Source: a virus
Lineage: Duplodnaviria > Caudoviricetes
DNA length: 64,000 bases
IMG/VR virus record: IMGVR_UViG_3300042935_001404
Reading direction: 5' to 3' (one strand)
Positions 57,315 to 64,000 of the stretch are shown here, one piece after another; the first letter of the stretch is position 1; every line of letters begins with the position of its first letter. The notes below the pieces were generated by a model. That model saw only the letters and a program-made list of their open reading frames with translations. It made no database searches and was not told the origin of the DNA. The position numbers and the translations under genes are program-made.

Positions 57315-58204
57315 TATCTGCGCTCGCGACCTAGTCCAGTTTTAACGGGCTCTTCAAGGTCTGCTTCTGCATCGGCAGCAAGTGCATCTAGTTCTGCACC
57401 AGGTTCGGCAGGCATTTCGGCACCAGCATCCATGGCTGGCATTTCTGCGCCAACATCAGGAGCTGTTTCGCCTGGCACTATAGGTGCTTGACCTGTCACT
57501 GTGCCCATGGCAGTTTCTAATTGAATCTTGGATTGCTGTAGGTTCTGTACCATTCCGCCCAGTGCGGCAGTGGCATCTGCATTGAATTTTGTAGCTTGGT
57601 CATAGCCAATTTCGTTACGGATCTGGTCAACCAATGCTGGCAAATCTTTGAACTGTATAGAAGTAACCTGTTCAATCATGCGCTGAACTTGATCAACCAT
57701 GTCTTGGCTGGCCAAGATAACCTGTGCTTGTTGTACTTCGCTCTCGGCTAATCGACGTCCTGTTTTACGACGACTTTCAGCGGCCATTGCGGCAGACAAG
57801 GCAGCGCCTTGTACCATCTTTTGTTCGTCTGGTGACAGTGTTTGACCGGCAGCACTTTTGGTCATTGCTGACTTGAGTTTAGGATCAGAAATTTTACTGA
57901 GAGCCTGTTTTGTTTTGTTAGGGTCTGGCATTCCCATTGTTGTGTCTGCCGGAATCTCTTCTTTGATTTTTTTAGCCAACACCTGCTCTAGCATTACTAG
58001 TTTTAGGTATGCCGAATCCTGTTCGCTCTTATGGAATGCAGGTGTGCGGCGATGCTCACCCAGTAAACCACGCACCCGGCCTAACATAGCATGTGCTTGA
58101 CGCTTTGAAATTGATTCAAAGGTAATGCTTTTACCAAAGTAACTTTCGAATACTTTAGCGACTTGTTTTGTTTGCGGCAGCACGGCCAATTCTTGCAGTT
58201 TCAT
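57314..58204 (-). CDS. Late helical protein, possible head core/scaffold-type
   Basis: MKLQEL start, internal LAESE, acidic A/P-rich tail; CTAAATA motif upstream. Confidence 0.6.
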   Translation of the reverse strand: MKLQELAVLPQTKQVAKVFESYFGKSITFESISKRQAHAMLGRVRGLLGEHRRTPAFHKSEQDSAYLKLVMLEQVLAKKIKEEIPADTTMGMPDPNKTKQALSKISDPKLKSAMTKSAAGQTLSPDEQKMVQGAALSAAMAAESRRKTGRRLAESEVQQAQVILASQDMVDQVQRMIEQVTSIQFKDLPALVDQIRNEIGYDQATKFNADATAALGGMVQNLQQSKIQLETAMGTVTGQAPIVPGETAPDVGAEMPAMDAGAEMPAEPGAELDALAADAEADLEEPVKTGLGRERR

Positions 58205-58652
58205 TATCGAATCCTCGTTGTTGATAATATTTAGCCCAATTCACACATTTGGCTAATCTATTTTCTATTTCTTTTTTCTTTAAAATCTTGTTTTCTAACT
58301 TAGTCAGAATGATTTCACGTTGATCGGCATTTTTAGTACGATCGCCAATGGCAGCTCTGGTACTGATATCTACAGTCAAATGGTGTAAATTGTTGTCTAA
58401 CTGTATTAAATCTCGGGCTACATTGTACTGCTTAAACTTGTCAGCAATGCACCAACTCAATGCTGATTTAGTAGTGTGAAAAACGCCAACATCAGTTAAG
58501 GCACAGTGTACTCTGTAGCCTAAACTTTCTTTAACAATGCTGTATTTTCCAAATACTGTATAGTCTCCATCAGAATTTTTCCAGATGCTGTTGTGTTCTA
58601 GAGTGGGGAATTCTTTAAGTATTTCTCGGGAAATTTCTTTATCTATTTTCAT
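58155..58652 (-). CDS. Hypothetical protein
   Basis: 165-aa ORF coupled to upstream gene. Confidence 0.7.
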   Translation of the reverse strand: MKIDKEISREILKEFPTLEHNSIWKNSDGDYTVFGKYSIVKESLGYRVHCALTDVGVFHTTKSALSWCIADKFKQYNVARDLIQLDNNLHHLTVDISTRAAIGDRTKNADQREIILTKLENKILKKKEIENRLAKCVNWAKYYQQRGFDNETARIGRAAANKTSR

Positions 58653-58912
58653 TTAAAAACATAAGTTACAAGCAGCCAACCAATGACCGCGGCCATAGAG
58701 CCCATTGCACCCAGACCCCATGAAATCAGTTGGTCGTTGCGTTTGGCGGCCATGTCTCTGACCATATCACGTATCTGAGCCACCATCTGCTCTAGACTGG
58801 CAATTTTAGCATCTACGTTATCTAAACGCAGTTCTAATTGACTATAGCGTTCTGCACACAGTTCTACGTGTGCTTCTAGACTTTTTTTCTCAATAGCAGT
58901 GGTATCAACCAT
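58649..58912 (-). CDS. Coiled-coil protein with C-terminal TM (XhlA/holin-like topology)
   Basis: AHVELCAERY coiled coil then one TM; CATAAATA motif upstream. Confidence 0.6.
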   Translation of the reverse strand: MVDTTAIEKKSLEAHVELCAERYSQLELRLDNVDAKIASLEQMVAQIRDMVRDMAAKRNDQLISWGLGAMGSMAAVIGWLLVTYVFK

Positions 58913-58913
58913 G

Positions 58914-59354
58914 TTAGGTCTCCAATGCATTATTTATGGCTATCGGAGCGAACCATATGTTCTGTTGGTGGCCGTGAGTAACCAACACAGAAGACATTTC
59001 AGGTCTATTGTCCAGGCCTAACAACATGGGCACACCTTCTGCATCTGCACGTAGCACAGCGGTTAAATCATCATCAGTTCCGTAAATGTTATCAGTTTCT
59101 GTTTCAAATTCAAACATCCAGGCACGATTTAATTGGTCCACAGTGGGTTCTTGTATACGGAACAACTGTGTGCGGAGTCCTAGTATTTGTGTGAGTGTTT
59201 CCCAGTTGCGCTGTTGATTTCTAGCACGACCCCAGTCGGCCTCGTCGGTTATGACATTGCCTGCGTGATCACGGAACGGCACACGGGCAGGTTTGTAGTG
59301 CCCAGTAACTCCTGTGGCAGTGATGTCAAAGAAAGTTTGTACTACAAATCTCAT
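58914..59354 (-). CDS. Hypothetical protein
   Basis: TFFDITATG...QQRNWET motif. Confidence 0.7.
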   Translation of the reverse strand: MRFVVQTFFDITATGVTGHYKPARVPFRDHAGNVITDEADWGRARNQQRNWETLTQILGLRTQLFRIQEPTVDQLNRAWMFEFETETDNIYGTDDDLTAVLRADAEGVPMLLGLDNRPEMSSVLVTHGHQQNIWFAPIAINNALET

Positions 59355-59605
59355 GAGGTCTTTTTGCTTAGTTCGTACAAGACTTCAACCTTGTTGCACA
59401 ATTCATCCAGTGCTACATTGTTGTGGCGTGATTCAAATATTTCTGCCCAGCGACGTTTGTTTTCAAGTTCTTCAAGTTCTTGTTTTAATTTAGGGTCTTG
59501 GTAGTGCAAGGATTTTGAACTGTTTCCGGGTTGGCGAGCATACACTGTGCGCCCGCCGTCGGGACTTTCAAATATTGTTACTTCAGTTATTTTGCTTACC
59601 ATCAT
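59351..59605 (-). CDS. Hypothetical protein (FESPDGGRTVYAR motif)
   Basis: ORF with late motif upstream. Confidence 0.7.
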   Translation of the reverse strand: MMVSKITEVTIFESPDGGRTVYARQPGNSSKSLHYQDPKLKQELEELENKRRWAEIFESRHNNVALDELCNKVEVLYELSKKTS

Positions 59606-59628
59606 GATGAAGTATTTAATGTCAAAAG

Positions 59629-59656
59629 AAAACCCTGGGTTTTATTCCAGGGTTTT
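59629..59656. terminator. Intrinsic terminator
   Basis: AAAACCCTGG-loop-CCAGGGTTTT. Confidence 0.8.
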
Positions 59657-59676
59657 TGCGTCAAAAACTATTTAGA

Positions 59677-60087
59677 TTAGTTTGTGAATGTTGCTGTAGC
59701 GGCTGTGGTAACAGCGTAGCCTAGTGAAGCAGTCAATGCCACATCTAGATCTTCACCGTTGGCATAGTTCCATGCACCAGTTGGGTATGTGGCCAAGGCC
59801 AATGTAGCTTGGTTAGAACCCACTGTGGTGAATTCATACATAGCGATTGTGCATTTAGTTTGAATAGTCAAGAATGCAATGCCCAATGAAGTAGCACTTA
59901 CAGTAGCGTTACCAGTGAAAGTAACTGTACCGAAGTCTAACTTAGGACCTGCAACGTTAACTGTTGCGCCACTGGTTACTGTGTTAGCACCACTGTTCCA
60001 GCCTGCGCCAGGTGACGAAGGAACTGTACCAGCATCCATGTTGACAACTGGTTCAAAGTTGCCGTTTACTTGTGTAATATAAGCCAT
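59677..60087 (-). CDS. Probable virion structural protein (head decoration-like)
   Basis: A/T/G-rich 136 aa; late promoter, AAGGAG RBS, own terminator. Confidence 0.55.
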   Translation of the reverse strand: MAYITQVNGNFEPVVNMDAGTVPSSPGAGWNSGANTVTSGATVNVAGPKLDFGTVTFTGNATVSATSLGIAFLTIQTKCTIAMYEFTTVGSNQATLALATYPTGAWNYANGEDLDVALTASLGYAVTTAATATFTN

Positions 60088-60156
60088 TTAAAATCTCCTT
60101 AGTGTATGGTCGCTTTGGACCTGCATTTATTTATGCCGTAAGGAAAAAAACTCCGG

Positions 60157-62025
60157 TTAGGCTGTTTGATCTGGGTTGTTTAGAGCACGATTTCCGGCAC
60201 TAAACCCGAATCGATTTACCAGTTTAGCACGGCCTGCAGGGGTGGCCAACACCCAGCCTTCTTGTCCGGGCTGTTGACGATCTAGCTGTGCCAACATGTC
60301 TGTTTTGATATCATGCAACAACAAGAATGCAGTGAATGCCGCAGTGATACCTGCCATGTTTGTGCGTGGGCTTTGCAGGTATTCCACAATGTTATTGAAC
60401 TTGCGTGGTGTTACATTGGTTTTTAGCCAGTCTCCAAATCCGTGCAACAAGTTGTCGTAGTTGCTGGTGATTCTAGAATTGATGTAGCGTTTGCACAACT
60501 GTGGCAAATCAGTAATGCCGGCAGCACGTAGATCAGCAGGATTAAACAAACTGTCAATGGCAGCACCTTGTGTAGACACAATCTGACTCAACTGTTTAAC
60601 TAGGCCACTGTTTAACTCAACGTTGCGAATGTCTTTGACACTGGGCTCAATCAGCAACAGTCCAGGAACTTCATTCAGTGTGACCTGCTTGATTGCTTCA
60701 GGAGCGGCATCAACATCACGATAACGTGTGTGTACAGCAACACCTACTTCGCTGTTGCCAATGCGCTGTCCTAGCTTACTGCTGGCTGGAATCTTGTATT
60801 CAACAAAGTTTGGACGGAACACATAAGCGCCGGCCTGTTCAGGAGGTGTGTTGGTATACAGTAAATCGCCCTGTACAAATCCACGCATGCTGTCAGGCAC
60901 GGCAGCACGTAGCAAGGGAAACAACTTTTGATAAAGCCCAATCAACTCTGTACGATCTCCAGAACGCATGGCCATCATTCTAGCAATATGCTCCGGCGAT
61001 GTTGCCAAGCCGTCATAGCCTTTGGCACCAAATCCGCTTTTGTCTGTGAGCACAAACGTGCCATCTGGCTTGCGGCCAAATATGATAGCAGGCTTGCCAT
61101 CCCATTTGACTGTGGTTGTGCCACGTGTGTCTTCTGCGGCGTGGCGCATGATTTCAACTGCATCGCGAATGCCACGTGTGCCTTTTTCAAACACTAGATC
61201 TTCTAGGTGTTCGATACGTGCATCCTTAGCACCTTCCACAATCACTGCCATACCTTGATTCACAATGCGATCACGCAGTCTGCCCAAGAAGTTTACTTCG
61301 TTGTATTCTTTGTATACGGGCTCTTCGCTTTCCATAAATGGTACACCAATTTTGGCAAAGTGTTCACGTGCATCTGCCAGCTTGGCATCACGCTTGGGAT
61401 CACCTTCCAGTGCGGCCACAATGGTTTCTACACTGTGTAGATCTTTGCTGGTTGCTTGTTTATTCAACAACAGTCGGGCAATTTTATCTGGATCATCGCT
61501 GATAACCTTGTTGGTAGCGCGGTCAGCAATGCCTGCATTTTGATTCAACTTGTAACCCATGCTCTTGGCAATGCTGTTCATCAGCACGTTACGTGCCGAT
61601 CCACTGTAGTTGCTGTCAGGTGCCGCACTTAGCACAAACTTTGAAAATGGCACATTGGTCAAGAACATAAAGTCAGACTGCACATAACCTGAATTGGGAT
61701 TGCCTTTGATAGGTGTTTTAAAGTGTACACTGATGCCAGACTTTTTGATGTAGTCTTCCGGTTTGAAACCATGGCTTTGACACCATTGTGTTAGTCGTGC
61801 AACCAATTGTTCTTTGCTGACTTGATTGGCATCCACTGCCAGATCCAAATCGCCTGACGTGGGTTTTCTACCTGTGGAGCCCAGTGTGTTGTTTTGCAAA
61901 TCCAGTCCCGGTAACATTAGATCAAGCCAGGCCAAGGTGGGAGCAACGTCTGCTTGGTTAATGCGCTGTGTTAGTATGCGGCCACTTGCGTCTTTAAAAA
62001 CATTGCCGCCTTCTTTTAATATCAT
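60157..62025 (-). CDS. Fusion of Pol-beta nucleotidyltransferase and KxDG ligase-like domain
   Basis: LGSTG...SGDLDLAVD...VQSDF; IEHLED...TVKWDGKPA...QGDLLY...EGWV...KLVNR. Confidence 0.75.
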   Translation of the reverse strand: MILKEGGNVFKDASGRILTQRINQADVAPTLAWLDLMLPGLDLQNNTLGSTGRKPTSGDLDLAVDANQVSKEQLVARLTQWCQSHGFKPEDYIKKSGISVHFKTPIKGNPNSGYVQSDFMFLTNVPFSKFVLSAAPDSNYSGSARNVLMNSIAKSMGYKLNQNAGIADRATNKVISDDPDKIARLLLNKQATSKDLHSVETIVAALEGDPKRDAKLADAREHFAKIGVPFMESEEPVYKEYNEVNFLGRLRDRIVNQGMAVIVEGAKDARIEHLEDLVFEKGTRGIRDAVEIMRHAAEDTRGTTTVKWDGKPAIIFGRKPDGTFVLTDKSGFGAKGYDGLATSPEHIARMMAMRSGDRTELIGLYQKLFPLLRAAVPDSMRGFVQGDLLYTNTPPEQAGAYVFRPNFVEYKIPASSKLGQRIGNSEVGVAVHTRYRDVDAAPEAIKQVTLNEVPGLLLIEPSVKDIRNVELNSGLVKQLSQIVSTQGAAIDSLFNPADLRAAGITDLPQLCKRYINSRITSNYDNLLHGFGDWLKTNVTPRKFNNIVEYLQSPRTNMAGITAAFTAFLLLHDIKTDMLAQLDRQQPGQEGWVLATPAGRAKLVNRFGFSAGNRALNNPDQTA

Positions 62026-63470
62026 GGTATTGTGTACCCCATACCTTCTAGCATGGTGTCAATTACTGAATCACCTGTGGTAGATAGTTGTTTGTTGCCA
62101 GTTGCAGTCTGAATTGCTTGTCCTGCACTACCCAATACCTGGGCAGTTAGCCCGGACTTGTTTAGCAATGCCACTGCATTGGATCCCATCAATTGACCCG
62201 TGGCCGGTGCAGTACCAGCGGCGGTGCCAGCGGCTCCAGGTTGCCCTGTTTTTCCAGTTTGTCCGGCCGGTGCTGGTTGCTGTCCATATGCAGGCGCTTC
62301 CGGTGATGCGGCTTTCACAGTATTTTGTGATGCCACCAGTTGCAGTGCGGCCATGGCAGTTAAAATATAACTTTTAACTGCTTCTTTAGTTTTTGCAGGA
62401 TCGCCCTGGGCACCGATAACTTCTTGTTTGGCTGCGTCCAACTCTGCCTTTAAATCAGAGTTTTCGGCGGCTGTTAATCCCAGCATTTTGTATGTGGCCG
62501 AATCGCGCATGGCAATTTTTTCATTTGCCCACTTTAAAAAGTCTGTGGCATACGCAGATGAGGGCGCTGCCGCTGCTTTATACCCTATAGGATTTGTTGG
62601 AGTTGGGTTGGTTCCTGCTCCAGGTACCTGGAATGGTTTCAATGGCATTGCTGTGCCTGTTGATTTTGCAGGTGCCGTTGTAGTTGTTGCAGTTTGACCG
62701 GGTTTTGTTACGGCTGGGTTAGGATTGGTTCCTGCTCCAGGTACCTGGTACGGCGCAGTTGGCATTGCTGTGCCTGTTGATTTTGCAGGTGCTGCCGGCT
62801 GTTGTGCAGCCACGCCACCTCTTACCATGTCGTTTATACCTTGCCCAGCATTGGCCACAGCAGATGTTGCTGGATCATATTTTGCAAACTTGGTTGCATC
62901 ACCGCCTGTGCCACTGCCTGCACGACCTTGAACGTACCGGGTTTGATCTTTGATGTTGGGATTGTTAGGGTCGGCCTTGTTTACCTGACTGCCTGTGACA
63001 GGAGGCGTTTGTGCGGCCGCAGTGGTATTGGCCACACCGGGCATTTTTGCCACGTTGTTGTAATTAAATCTTTGTGCGTTAACAGTTGCAGGCGCTTTGG
63101 GCTGTTGTGCGGCCAGTGACATGTACGGATTAGGCCGACCGGTTTGTTTTTCTAATTCCTGTTGCGTAGATACCGCTGTGTCTTCTGGAACTGGTTGTGC
63201 TTGTTTTTTTACCCATTCATCAGCATACGTTGTTGCCAGTTTGACCATTTGTGAATTTGCCTTCACAGCGGCTAATTTTTTTACAGGATCAAGGATACCT
63301 GAACTTGATGCCCTGAAGTTTTGTGTTGTTCCTGTCCCAGGAGATACAGATTGTGCAACCGCAGTTTTGGTTGCGTCGTAAGCACCTTTAGCCACATTAC
63401 CAACGCCTTTTACCACGTCCATAATGCCTTCGTCAGTGCGACGTGAACGATTTAACTCATGAATTTGCAT
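62022..63470 (-). CDS. Low-complexity A/P/T/G/Q-rich late protein, probably capsid-internal
   Basis: MQIHEL...DEGIMD N-terminus; internal 39-aa duplication. Confidence 0.65.
   Translation of the reverse strand: MQIHELNRSRRTDEGIMDVVKGVGNVAKGAYDATKTAVAQSVSPGTGTTQNFRASSSGILDPVKKLAAVKANSQMVKLATTYADEWVKKQAQPVPEDTAVSTQQELEKQTGRPNPYMSLAAQQPKAPATVNAQRFNYNNVAKMPGVANTTAAAQTPPVTGSQVNKADPNNPNIKDQTRYVQGRAGSGTGGDATKFAKYDPATSAVANAGQGINDMVRGGVAAQQPAAPAKSTGTAMPTAPYQVPGAGTNPNPAVTKPGQTATTTTAPAKSTGTAMPLKPFQVPGAGTNPTPTNPIGYKAAAAPSSAYATDFLKWANEKIAMRDSATYKMLGLTAAENSDLKAELDAAKQEVIGAQGDPAKTKEAVKSYILTAMAALQLVASQNTVKAASPEAPAYGQQPAPAGQTGKTGQPGAAGTAAGTAPATGQLMGSNAVALLNKSGLTAQVLGSAGQAIQTATGNKQLSTTGDSVIDTMLEGMGYTIP
62608..62792. 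repeat. In-frame duplication with 117-nt period
   Basis: TTGGTTCCTGCTCCAGGTACCTGG at 62608 and 62725; GGCATTGCTGTGCCTGTTGATTTTGCAGGTGC at 62644 and 62761. Confidence 0.9.
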
Positions 63471-63705
63471 CAGTTTTTCTCACGGTTCTTGTAAATTTGC
63501 CGGGGTCGCGCAGGTTGATGGCATTGATCAACTTGCGTTGCAAATTTTTAGCTGCCTCGGGCTCATAACTGGAGTCAATCTGCTCTAGTAGGCGTATAGC
63601 ACTGGCAATGATGTTACCAGCACGATTTTCGATAACATAGCGGGAGTCACGCTCCACATACATGCTGTCTAATTCTTCTAATAAACTACGAGTTTTCTTC
63701 TGCAT
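63457..63705 (-). CDS. Hypothetical protein
   Basis: 82-aa ORF, AATAAATA late motif upstream. Confidence 0.7.
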   Translation of the reverse strand: MQKKTRSLLEELDSMYVERDSRYVIENRAGNIIASAIRLLEQIDSSYEPEAAKNLQRKLINAINLRDPGKFTRTVRKTDANS

Positions 63706-63744
63706 TTTGGTCCCAAACCCTTTGTGTTATTTATTGTTTTTTAG

Positions 63745-63975
63745 TTACAATGTAGATAACAAAGATTCCCAGAGTGCATCACGATCCCAATAAAAAGGAG
63801 TCCACTCGGTATCAGATATTAATTTTTTTAATTTAGATACTCGTTGAGCGTCCCAGGTAAGTGGTAATTTATGTAATAGACATTCAATTATCCAATCGAG
63901 TTGAACATTAGGCGAAGGTTGCACTTCATTTTGCCGGATGTTTTTATATTTTGATTGGAAACTATATTCGTTCAT
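63745..63975 (-). CDS. Hypothetical protein
   Basis: 76-aa ORF at window end. Confidence 0.5.
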   Translation of the reverse strand: MNEYSFQSKYKNIRQNEVQPSPNVQLDWIIECLLHKLPLTWDAQRVSKLKKLISDTEWTPFYWDRDALWESLLSTL

Positions 63976-64000
63976 TCCTTGCCAAGTATTGTGCCAGCTC

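Overview
This window is about 64 kb of a large T4-like (myovirus-type) bacteriophage genome, not a cellular chromosome. Phage hallmarks include tail-fibre, LamG and PAAR genes, nrdAB, an ATP-dependent DNA ligase, cassettes of small early genes under strong TTGAC-17-TATAAT promoters and TAAATA-type late promoters. Host-derived genes (pstS, groES/groEL, clpX, two clpP, clpS, hsp20, iscU/iscA, cspA, a phasin-like gene) look betaproteobacterial, so a PHA-storing freshwater Burkholderiales-type host is inferred. No tRNA, rRNA, CRISPR array, intron, intein or reverse transcriptase was recognised. The main leads are five. (1) An exact 20-bp TGC-N3-GCA box fused to a late promoter lies upstream of both a phasin-like gene and a DUF3563-like micro-protein operon 29 kb away, suggesting a host-PhaR-responsive carbon-storage regulon; a PhoB-box-controlled pstS sits nearby. 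(2) A conserved bulged-G RNA leader drives the phasin, hsp20 and an unannotated 14-codon ORF. (3) A Pol-beta nucleotidyltransferase is fused to a KxDG ligase-like domain and has a probable capsid-targeting N-terminus. (4) An amidinotransferase, oxygenase and nucleotide-sugar dehydrogenase cluster lies next to a fibre gene. (5) Six radical SAM genes are present together with phage-encoded Fe-S assembly proteins. All family assignments come from motif recognition by eye; no searches were run.
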